Shown piece by piece: positions 47,071-56,486 of a stretch of 64,000 nucleotides of DNA; the first letter of the stretch is position 1; the number at the start of each line of letters is the position of its first letter. Position numbers and translations under genes: made by a program. Under the pieces are notes generated by a model, which had not been told where the DNA came from, made no database searches, and saw only the letters and a list, made by a program, of their open reading frames with translations. This stretch comes from Armatimonadota bacterium (GTDB lineage: Bacteria > Sysuimicrobiota > Sysuimicrobiia > Sysuimicrobiales > Kaftiobacteriaceae): assembly GCA_037440005.1 (NCBI GenBank), contig JBBIUY010000008.1:23615-87614 (forward strand), read 5' to 3'.

Positions 47071-48491
47071 CGGCGGCCCTGGATGTGAGGCTGCTGCTGC
47101 CCGAGCTGGTCGTGCTCGGGACCGCCCTGGTGGTGCTGCTGGCGTCGGTGGGAGGGGCCGCGTCCCGGCCGGCGGTGCTGCGGTGGCTGGCGGTGGCCGG
47201 GGCGGCCGCCGGCCTGGGGGCCGTCGCCGCGGTACCGCCAGCGGGCGGGGCGGCGTTCTGGGGGTCCTACGTCCGGGATCCGCTGACGGCGGCCCTCCAG
47301 GCTGTGGTCCTGGTGGGGACGCTGCTGGCCGTGATCCTGTCGGGAGAGTACGTGCGGCGCACCCGGCTGGACGCGGGGGAGTTCTACGCCCTGGTCCTGG
47401 TGGCGGCCGCCGGTGCCATGCTGATGGCGGCCAGCGCCGACCTGCTGCTGCTGTTCGTGGGTCTGGAGACCCTGTCCGTCCCCCTGTACGTGCTGGCGGC
47501 CCTGGCCCGCGCCGACGCCCGCTCCCAGGAGGCCGGGCTGAAGTACTTCCTGCTCGGCGCGTTCGCCACCGCCTTCTTCCTGTACGGCGTCGCCCTCGCC
47601 TTCGGCGCCACCGGCTCCACGGCCCTGGCCGCCCTGTCCGGGGCGGCCCCCTCGGCCACCCTGCGGGCGGCGGTGGCCCTGCTGACCACGGGGCTGGCGT
47701 TCAAGGCGGCGGTGGTCCCGTTTCACGTGTGGGCCCCCGACGTTTACGAAGGGGCGCCGCTGCCGGTGACCGCGTACATGGCGGTGGTGGCCAAGGCGGG
47801 CGCGTTCGCGGCCTTTTTGCGCGTGTTCGTGGCCACTCTGGGCCCCCGGGTCGGCGAGTGGGGGGCGGTGCTGGCGGCCGCCAGCGTCCTGACCATGGTG
47901 GTGGGCAACGTGGCCGCCCTGCACCAGACCGGGATCAAGCGGCTGCTGGCTTACAGCAGCATCGCCCACGCCGGCTTCCTCCTGACCGGGGTGCTGGCGG
48001 CCAGTCCCGCCGGGACCGCGGCCGTGGTCTTCTACCTGCTGGCGTACACCCTGATGACCCTGGGGGCGTTCGCGGTGGTCCTGATGGTGCGCCGGGCCGA
48101 CGGGGAGGCGGACCGGATCGCCGACCTGGCCGGACTGGCCTCCCGGTCTCCCGCCCTGGGGGCGGCCATGGCGGTGTTCATGGCCGCCCTCACCGGCCTG
48201 CCGCCCACGGGAGGGTTCGCGGCGAAGTTCCTGGTGTTCACGGCGGCCCTGGACGCCGGCTACACGGGCGTGGTGGTGGTGGGGGTGCTCAGCAGCGTGG
48301 TGTCGGCGTATTACTACCTGCGGGTGGCCTACACCCTGTTCAGCGGCGCGCCCGTCCCGGGCGTCGCCCTGGTGGAGGACCGGTGGGTGCCCGCCGCGCT
48401 GGCGCTAGCGGCGGCGGGGACGGTGCTGCTGGGGGTCTTCCCCGCGCCGGTGCTGTCCGCGGTCGGGCAGGTGGCGGCGGTCTTCCGGTAG
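47067..48491 (+). CDS. nuoN: NADH-quinone oxidoreductase subunit N
   Basis: EAGLKYF, FKAAVVPFHVWAPDVYEG, KRLLAYSSIAH. Confidence 0.96.
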   Translation: MTAALDVRLLLPELVVLGTALVVLLASVGGAASRPAVLRWLAVAGAAAGLGAVAAVPPAGGAAFWGSYVRDPLTAALQAVVLVGTLLAVILSGEYVRRTRLDAGEFYALVLVAAAGAMLMAASADLLLLFVGLETLSVPLYVLAALARADARSQEAGLKYFLLGAFATAFFLYGVALAFGATGSTALAALSGAAPSATLRAAVALLTTGLAFKAAVVPFHVWAPDVYEGAPLPVTAYMAVVAKAGAFAAFLRVFVATLGPRVGEWGAVLAAASVLTMVVGNVAALHQTGIKRLLAYSSIAHAGFLLTGVLAASPAGTAAVVFYLLAYTLMTLGAFAVVLMVRRADGEADRIADLAGLASRSPALGAAMAVFMAALTGLPPTGGFAAKFLVFTAALDAGYTGVVVVGVLSSVVSAYYYLRVAYTLFSGAPVPGVALVEDRWVPAALALAAAGTVLLGVFPAPVLSAVGQVAAVFR

Positions 48492-48529
48492 GCCGCGGAT
48501 CCCGAGCGGGTGGGGGGAGGGCGGAGGCG

Positions 48530-49831
48530 ATGGCCACCGAGAAGTTCGACGCGATCGTCGTCGGCGCCGGACCCGCCGGCAGCGCCGCGGCCCTGACCAT
48601 GGCCCGGGCGGGCCTGAACGTGGTGCTGATCGAGCGGGGCGACTACCCTGGCGCCAAGAACGTCATGGGCGGCGTCATGTACGGCCGCATGCTGGCCGAC
48701 CTGGTCCCCGGCTTCGCCCGGGAGGCCCCCATCGAGCGGGTGATCGTCGAGGAGCGGGTGTGGCTGACCACCGAGGACAGCGCGATCAGCCTGGGGTACA
48801 AGACCGCCTCCCCGCCGGGGGACGTCCCCAACGCCTTCACCGTCCTGCGGGCCCGGTTCGACCGGTGGCTGGCCTCCAAGGCCGAGGAGGCCGGCGCGCT
48901 GCTGATCACCTCCACGGTGGTGGAGGACGTGCTGTGGCGCGACGGCCGGGTGGTGGGGGTCCGCACCGGGCGCGAGGCCGGGGACCTGTACGCGGACGTG
49001 GTGGTGCTGTGCGACGGGGTGCACTCGTTTCTGGCGAAGAAGGCCGGCCTGCAGACCCGGGAGATCGCCCCCCACGAGGTGGCCCTGGCGGTGAAGGAGA
49101 TCATCGCCCTGCCCCCCGAGGTGATCCAGGAGCGGTTCGCCGTGGGACCGGGCGAGGGGGTGACCATCGAGCTGTACGGTTCGGTCACCCGGGGGATGGG
49201 AGGCTACGGGTTCATCTACACCAACCGGGACAGCCTCAGCGTCGGCGTGGGCGCGCTGCTGAGCCACTTCATGCGCACCCGCATCACCCCCTACGACCTG
49301 CTGGAGCAGCTCAAGCGGCACCCCCTGGTGCGCCCCCTGCTGGCCGGCGGTCAGGTGGTGGAGTACCTGGCCCACGCCATCCCCGAGGGCGGCTACCGGG
49401 CCATGCCCCGGCTGTACGGCGACGGGGTGCTGGTGGCCGGGGACGCGGCCATGATGGTCAACGGGCTGCACCGGGAGGGCAGCAACCTGGCCATGACCGC
49501 GGGCCGCCTCGCCGGCGAGACGGTGATCGAGGCCCGCGCCCGGGGCGACTTTTCCGCCGGTTCGCTAGCGTCCTACCGCCGGCGGCTGGAGGACAGCTTC
49601 GTTCTCCAGGACCTGCGCAAGTACCAGCACCTGCCCGAGTTCGTGGACCGCCACCCCGAACTGCTGCAGGTCTACCCCGAACTTGTCTCGCAGGCCATCC
49701 ACGAGATGCTCACCGTGGACGGGGTGCCCAAGCGGGAAAAGCAGCGCCGGATCTGGAAGGCCATCACCGCCCGCCGGCCCCTGCGGCGGCTGCTCCTGGA
49801 CGCCTACCAGGCCTGGCGGGTGCTGCGCTGA
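48530..49831 (+). CDS. fixC: FixC-type ETF:quinone oxidoreductase flavoprotein
   Basis: FDAIVVGAGPAG, ERGDYPGAKNVMGG, GFIYTNRDSLSVG, IPEGG, GDAA. Confidence 0.9.
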   Translation: MATEKFDAIVVGAGPAGSAAALTMARAGLNVVLIERGDYPGAKNVMGGVMYGRMLADLVPGFAREAPIERVIVEERVWLTTEDSAISLGYKTASPPGDVPNAFTVLRARFDRWLASKAEEAGALLITSTVVEDVLWRDGRVVGVRTGREAGDLYADVVVLCDGVHSFLAKKAGLQTREIAPHEVALAVKEIIALPPEVIQERFAVGPGEGVTIELYGSVTRGMGGYGFIYTNRDSLSVGVGALLSHFMRTRITPYDLLEQLKRHPLVRPLLAGGQVVEYLAHAIPEGGYRAMPRLYGDGVLVAGDAAMMVNGLHREGSNLAMTAGRLAGETVIEARARGDFSAGSLASYRRRLEDSFVLQDLRKYQHLPEFVDRHPELLQVYPELVSQAIHEMLTVDGVPKREKQRRIWKAITARRPLRRLLLDAYQAWRVLR

Positions 49832-49850
49832 CGCAGGAGGAGGGGCCAAG

Positions 49851-50153
49851 ATGGCGGAGGTCCCGACCCTGACCCTGGAGCAGAAGCTGTACCTGCTGAC
49901 CTACCGGCACGACCGGCAGAGCCACATCAGCATCCGCAACCCCGACGTCTGCCGGACCACCTGCGGACGGGCGTGGGGGCGTCCGTGCACCACCTTCTGC
50001 CCGGCGGGCGTGTACGCCTGGGACGGGGAGAAGATCACCGCCTCCTACGAGAACTGCGTGGAGTGCACCTCCTGCCTGACCGGCTGCCCCTACCGCAACA
50101 TCGACTGGCGCCTGCCCCGGGGCGGGTTCGGGGTCCTCTACCGCACCGGCTGA
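49851..50153 (+). CDS. fixX: FixX-type ferredoxin
   Basis: SHISI, CPAGVY, YENCVECTSC, PRGGFGV. Confidence 0.9.
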   Translation: MAEVPTLTLEQKLYLLTYRHDRQSHISIRNPDVCRTTCGRAWGRPCTTFCPAGVYAWDGEKITASYENCVECTSCLTGCPYRNIDWRLPRGGFGVLYRTG

Positions 50154-50181
50154 CCGCAGCGTGCGAGCCGGGGGGAGATCC

Positions 50182-50937
50182 TTAAGGATTCGAACCCGAC
50201 TGCGCGCCCGAACCCGGGGCCCGGCGGCTCCATAGGACCCACGCCCCCGCGGCCAGCAGCGCCGCCGCCGGGATGTGGCCCAGGGTGATCACCCACACCA
50301 CCCGGTCCTGGCTGCGCAGCAGGTCCCAGACGATCCGGCCCGCCGACGTCAGGACGATGACCGTCCAGAACAGCTCGCCGGGAAAGCGCCGGCGGCCGAT
50401 CCGCGGCCAGCTGACCGCCAGGATCACGGCCGCCCACAGCATCTCGTAGATCTGCAGCGGGTGGCGGGGCTCGGGCACCCCGGGAAAGGTCACGCCCCAG
50501 GGCAGCGAGGTGGGGTCTCCGTACAGTTCGCCGTTGATGAAGTTCCCAAAGCGCACGAAGATGTTGCCCACGGGCACGGCCCACACCGCCGCGTCCAGCA
50601 GGCTCCAGACGTCTAGCCCCCGCCGCCGCGCCGCCCACCACAGGGCCAGCGCGCCGCCGGCCAGCGCGCCGTGGGACGTCAGCCCGCCCCGGTCCACCCG
50701 CAGGACCTCCACCAGGGACCCGAACTGGGACGGGTGGGACAGCACGTACCCCGCCCGGGCGCCCGCGAACGCCAGCAGGACCACCGGGAGCACCAGGCGG
50801 TCGATCTCCTCGGCGGGAATGCCGACCCGCGGCCCCGCCCGCAGGGCGGCCCCCCAGGCGAGGAGGATGGTGAGCGCCATCATCACGCCGTACCAGCGGA
50901 TGACCACGGGGCCCCACTGCACCAGGACGGGATCCAC
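50182..50937 (-). CDS. lgt: Prolipoprotein diacylglyceryl transferase
   Basis: IRWYG, GGLTSHG, RFGNFINGELYG, HPLQIYE; promoter TTGCGT...TATACT just upstream. Confidence 0.93.
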   Translation of the reverse strand: MDPVLVQWGPVVIRWYGVMMALTILLAWGAALRAGPRVGIPAEEIDRLVLPVVLLAFAGARAGYVLSHPSQFGSLVEVLRVDRGGLTSHGALAGGALALWWAARRRGLDVWSLLDAAVWAVPVGNIFVRFGNFINGELYGDPTSLPWGVTFPGVPEPRHPLQIYEMLWAAVILAVSWPRIGRRRFPGELFWTVIVLTSAGRIVWDLLRSQDRVVWVITLGHIPAAALLAAGAWVLWSRRAPGSGAQSGSNP

Positions 50938-50987
50938 GGCGAAGGCCAGTATAGCAGGCGGGCGGGGGGACGCAAAACGGCGGGACC

Positions 50988-51019
50988 GGGATCAGGGATC
51001 AGAGATCAGAGATCAGGGG
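50988..51019. repeat. Heptamer tandem repeat (GATCAG[AG])n
   Basis: gggatcagggatcagagatcagagatcagg; inverted partial copies near 51085-51098 and 59991-60018. Confidence 0.75.
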
Positions 51020-51110
51020 ACGGCGGGCGGGCTCGTCCCGGGCGGCCGGCGGAGGTGGTATGCTAGGGGATGATTCCGGTTCACCGATCCCTGATCCCGC
51101 CGTCGTCCTC

Positions 51111-51632
51111 ATGAAGGTGGCCGTCGGGTCGTCCTCCAGCGAGTCCAAGGTGCGCGCCACCGAGGCGGTGTGCGCCCGGCTGTTCCCCGGCGCCGAGGTG
51201 GTCGCCGTGCCGGTGGACTCGGGCGTGTCCCCGCAGCCGACCAGCGACGAGGAGACCATCCGGGGCGCCCTGCGCCGGGCCCACGAGGCCCTCCAGCGCG
51301 CCGGCGCCGACCTGGGGATCGGCATCGAAGGCGGGGTGCACCGGGACCGCTACGGCGTGTGGATGTGCGCCTGGGTCGCGGCGGTGGACCGGTCCGGCCG
51401 CCAGGGGTTGAGTTGCGGCGTGCGGTTCCGGCTGCCGCAGTGGATGGCGGCGCGGGCGCTGGCCGGTGAGGAACTGGGCGCCATCGTGGACGCCCTGGCG
51501 GGCCCGGGGGCCCACGAGGACCTGGGAGCCATCGGGTTGTTGACCCGCGGGGCGGTGGACCGACAGGCGGCCCTGGAGCAGGCGGTGGCCGCGGCCCTCA
51601 TCCCCTTCCTGGAGCCTCCCTCCGGTGCCTGA
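51111..51632 (+). CDS. yjjX: Inosine/xanthosine triphosphatase (YjjX/DUF84 family)
   Basis: KVAVGS, VDSGVSPQP.SDEETIRGA, GIGIEGG, ELG, GAIGLLT. Confidence 0.85.
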   Translation: MKVAVGSSSSESKVRATEAVCARLFPGAEVVAVPVDSGVSPQPTSDEETIRGALRRAHEALQRAGADLGIGIEGGVHRDRYGVWMCAWVAAVDRSGRQGLSCGVRFRLPQWMAARALAGEELGAIVDALAGPGAHEDLGAIGLLTRGAVDRQAALEQAVAAALIPFLEPPSGA

Positions 51633-52491
51633 ACTCCCCTTCGTCCAGGTCCTGGTGGACACCCTGGCCCCGGAGGTGCGCGGGCGGACCATCGCCTCCG
51701 TGGTGGTGGCGAGCCCCTCGGCGGTCAAGACCGCCGCCCCGCCGGTCACGGCCGCCGTCGGGCGGCGCATCACCGCGGTGGGCCGCCGCGGCAAGCTGGT
51801 GGTCCTGACCCTGGACGGGGACCTGGTCCTGGTCGTCCACCTGATGCGCGACGGGCGCCTGCAGGTCGTCCCCGGGCGGCCGCATCGGCTGCGCCTCCCC
51901 CGGCCGGTGGTCCTGGCCCTGCGGCTGGACGACGGGCGGGACCTGCGCCTCACCGAATCCGGCTCCCGGCGGCGGGCCGGGGTGTACCTGCTGAGGGCCG
52001 CCGAGGCCGACCGCTCCGAGCCCCTGGCGGGTCTGGGACCGGAGCCCCTGTCGGACGGGTTCGCGGTGGACGCCTTCGCCCGGTCGCTGCGCTCCAGCCC
52101 GGGCCAGCTCAAAGCCGTCCTGACCCGCCAGCGCGTGGTGGCCGGGATCGGCAACGCCTACGCCGACGACATTCTGTGGGAGGCGCGGCTGTCGCCGTTC
52201 GCGCCGGCGGCGCGCCTGACCGACGGGGATGTCGCCCGCCTGCACGCCGCCGTGCGCGGCGTGCTGGCGGAGGCGTTGGAGCGGTACCGAGCGCACTTCG
52301 GCGGTCGGCTGCCCGCCGCCGAACCGGCGGACCTGCTGCGGGTGCACCGCCGCGGCGGCGAGCCATGCCCGCGCTGCGGGACGCCGATCCGGGTCGTGTA
52401 TTACGCCGACCGGGAGACCTACTACTGCCCGGCGTGCCAGACCGCCGGCAGGGTGTACGCTGACCGGCGCCTGTCGCGCCTGTTGCGCTGA
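51625..52491 (+). CDS. Fpg/Nei DNA glycosylase, copy 1
   Basis: N-terminal PELP, RRGK, AGIGNAYADDIL, zinc finger CPRC...YCPACQ. Confidence 0.92.
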   Translation: MPELPFVQVLVDTLAPEVRGRTIASVVVASPSAVKTAAPPVTAAVGRRITAVGRRGKLVVLTLDGDLVLVVHLMRDGRLQVVPGRPHRLRLPRPVVLALRLDDGRDLRLTESGSRRRAGVYLLRAAEADRSEPLAGLGPEPLSDGFAVDAFARSLRSSPGQLKAVLTRQRVVAGIGNAYADDILWEARLSPFAPAARLTDGDVARLHAAVRGVLAEALERYRAHFGGRLPAAEPADLLRVHRRGGEPCPRCGTPIRVVYYADRETYYCPACQTAGRVYADRRLSRLLR

Positions 52492-52502
52492 GCGAGACGG
52501 CC

Positions 52503-53306
52503 ATGCCCGAGCTGCCCGAAGTGGAGTCGGCCCGGCGCAGCCTGGCACCCCTGGTGCGGGGGCGGACCGTCGCCCGGGTGGAGGTGCGGTCGCCGGCCAG
52601 CGTCCGCACCCACACGCCCGCCGCGTTCGCGCGGCTGCTGCGGGGCCAGACCGTCACCGCCGTCAGCCGGCGCGGCAAGGTCCTGCTATTCACCCTCAGC
52701 GGAGGGTGGACGCTGGCGTTCCACTTCAAGCTGTGGGGGATGGTGCGGTTCGTCCCCTCCGGCGACGCCGACCCGCAGACCGCCGTCCTGCTCACCTTCA
52801 CCGACGGCACCGGCGTGCAGTTCCGGGAACTGCAGCTGTCCGAGCTGGGGCTGTACCGGACCGACGCCCTGGACCGGGTGGAGTACCTGGCGGCTCTGGG
52901 GGTCGAGCCCCTGTCGCCGGCCCTCACCCTGGACCGGTTCCGCGCGCTGCTCGCCGGCCGCGGCACCGTCCACGGCGCGCTGACCGACCAGGAGCGTCTG
53001 GCGGGGATCGGCAACCTGTGGGCCCACGAGATCTGCCACGCCGCCCGCATCCGGCCCGACCGTCGGCTGGCGACCCTGACCCCGCAGGAGGTGGCCGCCC
53101 TGTACCGGGCCGTGCGCACCGTGCTGCGCCGCGCCGTCGCCGCCGGCGGGGAGCCGGAGTTCGCCGACGCCCGCGGCCGCCGCGGCCGGGCGCGCCTGGC
53201 GGTGTACGGCCGGGGGGGCCAGCGCTGCCCCCGCTCCGACGGCACCATCGTGGCCGCCCGCATCGGCGGCCGGCCGTCCTTCTACTGCCCGGGGTGTCAG
53301 CGGTGA
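52503..53306 (+). CDS. Fpg/Nei DNA glycosylase, copy 2
   Basis: MPELPEVE, RRGK, AGIGNLWAHE, zinc finger CPRS...YCPGCQ. Confidence 0.92.
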   Translation: MPELPEVESARRSLAPLVRGRTVARVEVRSPASVRTHTPAAFARLLRGQTVTAVSRRGKVLLFTLSGGWTLAFHFKLWGMVRFVPSGDADPQTAVLLTFTDGTGVQFRELQLSELGLYRTDALDRVEYLAALGVEPLSPALTLDRFRALLAGRGTVHGALTDQERLAGIGNLWAHEICHAARIRPDRRLATLTPQEVAALYRAVRTVLRRAVAAGGEPEFADARGRRGRARLAVYGRGGQRCPRSDGTIVAARIGGRPSFYCPGCQR

Positions 53307-53310
53307 CCGC

Positions 53311-53334
53311 AAAAGGGAAAAGGGAAAAGGGAAG
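53311..53334. repeat. Heptamer tandem repeat (AAAAGGG)3
   Basis: Same unit as in the composite elements at 21816 and 24700. Confidence 0.75.
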
Positions 53335-53384
53335 AACCTGCTCAGGTGGGAGAGGCGGGGGTGGGTGAGGGGGGCTGCGTTGCG

Positions 53385-54179
53385 ATGGGTGGCATCGTCA
53401 CGCTGCTCAGCGACTTCGGCAGCTCCAGTCCGTATCCGGCGCAGATGAAGGCCGTCCTGGCCTCACGCTGCGACGCCGCGCTGGTGGACATCACCCACGA
53501 CGTGCCCCGCCACGACGTGCGCACCGGCGCCTACCTTCTGGCGGCCGTGGCGGCTACGACGCCGGCGGGCACCGTCCACCTGGCCGTGGTGGATCCGGGC
53601 GTGGGCACCGCCCGTCAGGGGCTGGTGGTGGCCGCGGGCGGCCAGCTGTTCGTGGGTCCCGACAACGGCCTGCTCCTGCCCGCGGCCCGTCGCCTGGGCG
53701 CCCCCCAGGTCTACGTCCTGGAGCCGCCTGACCGCCCGGTGGCGGCGACCTTCCACGGCCGGGACGTCTTCGCCCCCGCCGCCGCCCGGCTGGCCCGGGG
53801 CACACCGCCCCACGCCCTGGGGGCTCCCGCACAGCGCTGGGTGGACCTGGACCTGGGCGCGGGGAGCCGGCGGGGGCGCCGGCTGCGCGGCGACGTGATC
53901 TACGTGGACGCCTTCGGCAACCTGATCACCAACATCCCCTCTTCCTTCCTGCCCGAGGCGGGCGTCCCGGTGGAGGTGGTGGTCGGGCGGGCCCGGGCCC
54001 GGGCGCGGGCGGTGCCCACCTACGGCGCCGTGAAGCCCGGCGCCCTGGCGGTGGTGCCGGGCAGCGACGGCCTGCTGGAGGTCGCGGTGCGGGAGGGCGC
54101 CGCGGCGGCCCGCCTGCGGGCGGCCGCCGGCGCCCGGGTGACCATCACCGTGAAGGCGGCGCGGGGCAGGCGCCGGTGA
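53385..54179 (+). CDS. SAM hydroxide adenosyltransferase / DUF62 family
   Basis: LLSDFG, VDITH, VVDPGVGTAR, GPDNG, TFHGRDVFAP, VDAFGNLITN. Confidence 0.9.
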   Translation: MGGIVTLLSDFGSSSPYPAQMKAVLASRCDAALVDITHDVPRHDVRTGAYLLAAVAATTPAGTVHLAVVDPGVGTARQGLVVAAGGQLFVGPDNGLLLPAARRLGAPQVYVLEPPDRPVAATFHGRDVFAPAAARLARGTPPHALGAPAQRWVDLDLGAGSRRGRRLRGDVIYVDAFGNLITNIPSSFLPEAGVPVEVVVGRARARARAVPTYGAVKPGALAVVPGSDGLLEVAVREGAAAARLRAAAGARVTITVKAARGRRR

Positions 54180-54245
54180 CCGCGTCCGCGGGGTCGCCCG
54201 GGGGAACAAGCGCGCCGCGGCGGCGCGTTAGACCCAAGAGAACCC

Positions 54246-54971
54246 ATGCCTGAGGTCAACCTGGCCGTCGCGTTCGCCGCCGGGGTGCTGGGCTTCGCCT
54301 CGCCGTGCATCGTGCCCCTAATTCCGGGCTATCTCTCCTTTGTCTCGGGGGTCTCCCTCCACGAGCTGGCCGCGCCGGACCGCCGCGCGGCTCGCGGGCG
54401 GGTGCTGCTGGCCACGGTCCTGTTCGTGCTGGGGTTCGCCGCGGTCTTCACCGCCCTGGGCGCGTCGGCCAGCTGGGTGGGCGGACTGGTGCTGGCGCAC
54501 CGGCTGTGGCTGGGCCGCATCGGCGGCGCCGTCGTCGTCCTGCTCGGCCTGACGGTGCTGGGCGTGGTGCGGATCCCCTGGCTGTGGCGGGAGCGTCGGC
54601 TCGCCGTGCGCCGGCCCGCCGGCGTGGTGGGGGCGTTCGCGGTGGGCATGGGGTTCGGGTTTGCGTGGACCCCGTGCGTGGGTCCCGTCCTGGCCGCCAT
54701 CCTGACCCTGGCGGCCACCTCCCCCCGGGCCGCCGACGGAGCGGTCCTGCTGCTGGCCTACTCGCTGGGACTGGGGTTGCCCTTCGTGGCCACGGCCGCG
54801 CTGCTCACCTCGGCCGTGGACGCGCTGGGCTGGATCCGCCGCCACGGCCGCGCCGTCGAGGTGGTCAGCGGGGTGTTTCTGGTGGTGATGGGCACGGCCT
54901 TGATGTTCGACCTGATCTTCCGCCTCAACGCGTGGATCCTGCGGTTGGTGCCGTTCCGGCCGGTGCTGTGA
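54246..54971 (+). CDS. ccdA: CcdA/DsbD-family disulfide transfer membrane protein
   Basis: SPCIVPLIP and WTPCVGPVL. Confidence 0.9.
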   Translation: MPEVNLAVAFAAGVLGFASPCIVPLIPGYLSFVSGVSLHELAAPDRRAARGRVLLATVLFVLGFAAVFTALGASASWVGGLVLAHRLWLGRIGGAVVVLLGLTVLGVVRIPWLWRERRLAVRRPAGVVGAFAVGMGFGFAWTPCVGPVLAAILTLAATSPRAADGAVLLLAYSLGLGLPFVATAALLTSAVDALGWIRRHGRAVEVVSGVFLVVMGTALMFDLIFRLNAWILRLVPFRPVL

Positions 54972-54990
54972 TGTGGCCGGTGCGCCCGCG

Positions 54991-56421
54991 ATGATGCGCC
55001 TGAGGACTCCGTCTGGCATCCCGCCGCTCCCGTGGCCGCGGCCGTCGGCCACCTGGGCGGCGCCCCGGCGGACGTCCGGTGCGGGCCGGCTGCTGACGGC
55101 CGTGCTGGTCGCGGTCCTGCTGGCCGGCGTACCCGCCCGGGCCGCCGCCCAGCCGGCGTCGCCGGCCCTCGTCTTTGAGGCCCTGCAGGTCCTGCAGGCC
55201 CAGTACGTGGATCCGGTGGACGTCCCCCGGACCCTCGCCGCCGCCCTGGCGGCCCTGCGCCGCCAGCTGGCCTCCGCGGGAGTCAGCGCCGACCTGCCCG
55301 ACCTGCCCCCGGGGCTGTCCGACGCCGACGCGCGCCGGGTGTTCGCGGAGCGCTTCGCGGCCGCCGCATCCGCCGCCGCCGGCCGCATCCCGGTCAGCCA
55401 GCTGGAGCACGCCGCCATCCGGGGGATGGCCGAGTCCTTCAACGACTCCCACACGGGGTTTCTGACCCCCGAGCAGAACGCCGAGCGGCGGCGCCGTCAG
55501 CAGGGGCAGGCGGGCTTCAGCGGGGTGGGCATCGTCCTCCTGCCCAAAGACGGCCGGTTCTTCGTCGGCAGCATCATCCCGGGAGGGCCGGCGGAAGCCG
55601 CCGGGGTGCGCGCCTTCGACCGGATCCTGCAGGTGAACGACATCCCCACCGGCGGCCTGAGCGTGGACCAGGTGTCCGCGCTGATCCGGGGACCCGCGGG
55701 CACGCCGGTGACCCTGACCCTGCAGCGGCCGGGCGTCGGTGAGCCCGTGGCGGTGACCATCATCCGGGCGCCCATCGTGGTCCCCTCCATTTTCCGGGCC
55801 GAGGTGCTCCCCGGCAGGGTCGGCTACCTGCGCCTGTATCAGTTCGTGGACCGCACCGGCCGGGACGTCCGCGCCGCGCTGTCCCGCCTGCTGGAGGACG
55901 GCATGCGCTCGCTGGTCCTGGACCTGCGGGGCAACGGCGGCGGGTACCTGGACGAGCTCACCTCCGTCTTCAACGCCCTCCTGCCTCCCGGCACGCCGGT
56001 GTACACCGAGCGCCGGCAGGGCGGGGCGGTGCGGGTGGTGCGGACCACCCAGATCCCCCTGGTGCCGCCGTCGCTGCCGGTGGTGGTCCTGGTGGACGAC
56101 GCCAGCGCCTCGGCCGCCGAGCTGCTGGCCGCCGCCGTCCAGGAAAGCCGCCGCGGCGTCGTGGTGGGGTCCCGGACCGCCGGGGCCGTGGAGGCCAGCG
56201 TGCTCGTCGACCTCTCCGACGGCTCGGCCCTCAGCGTCACCACCATCCGTCTGGCCACCGGCCGGGGCGTGAGGCTGGAGGGGGCCGGCGTCACCCCCGA
56301 CGTGGTGGTGGACCTGACGGCGGCCGACCTGGAAGCCGGCGTGGACTCCCAGCTCGCCGCCGGCCTGCGCGTGGCCCTGCAGGTGCTCGCCCGCCCGGGC
56401 ACCGGCCGCACGCCCTTCTGA
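54991..56421 (+). CDS. S41-family peptidase with PDZ domain, secreted
   Basis: DSHT, GVGI PDZ loop, DLRGNGGG, SASAAE, GVTPD; start uncertain. Confidence 0.9.
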   Translation: MMRLRTPSGIPPLPWPRPSATWAAPRRTSGAGRLLTAVLVAVLLAGVPARAAAQPASPALVFEALQVLQAQYVDPVDVPRTLAAALAALRRQLASAGVSADLPDLPPGLSDADARRVFAERFAAAASAAAGRIPVSQLEHAAIRGMAESFNDSHTGFLTPEQNAERRRRQQGQAGFSGVGIVLLPKDGRFFVGSIIPGGPAEAAGVRAFDRILQVNDIPTGGLSVDQVSALIRGPAGTPVTLTLQRPGVGEPVAVTIIRAPIVVPSIFRAEVLPGRVGYLRLYQFVDRTGRDVRAALSRLLEDGMRSLVLDLRGNGGGYLDELTSVFNALLPPGTPVYTERRQGGAVRVVRTTQIPLVPPSLPVVVLVDDASASAAELLAAAVQESRRGVVVGSRTAGAVEASVLVDLSDGSALSVTTIRLATGRGVRLEGAGVTPDVVVDLTAADLEAGVDSQLAAGLRVALQVLARPGTGRTPF

Positions 56422-56486
56422 AAGTCGCTGCGCCCCACAGGGGAAAGCGGCGGGCGTGGGCGAAAGCACGGTAGTGGGCCCCGCGT

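Noticed and set aside
53385..54179. Fluorinase linked to the fluoride riboswitch
   Set aside because: About 47 kb away, and it keeps the Asp/Arg/His residues (VVDPGVG.R, TFHGRD) typical of DUF62 SAM hydrolases rather than halogenases
54991..56421. S41 peptidase as an inactive enzyme (no Lys in the usual GKG position)
   Set aside because: The catalytic Ser motif and an upstream DSHT His are present, consistent with Ser-His type S41 members
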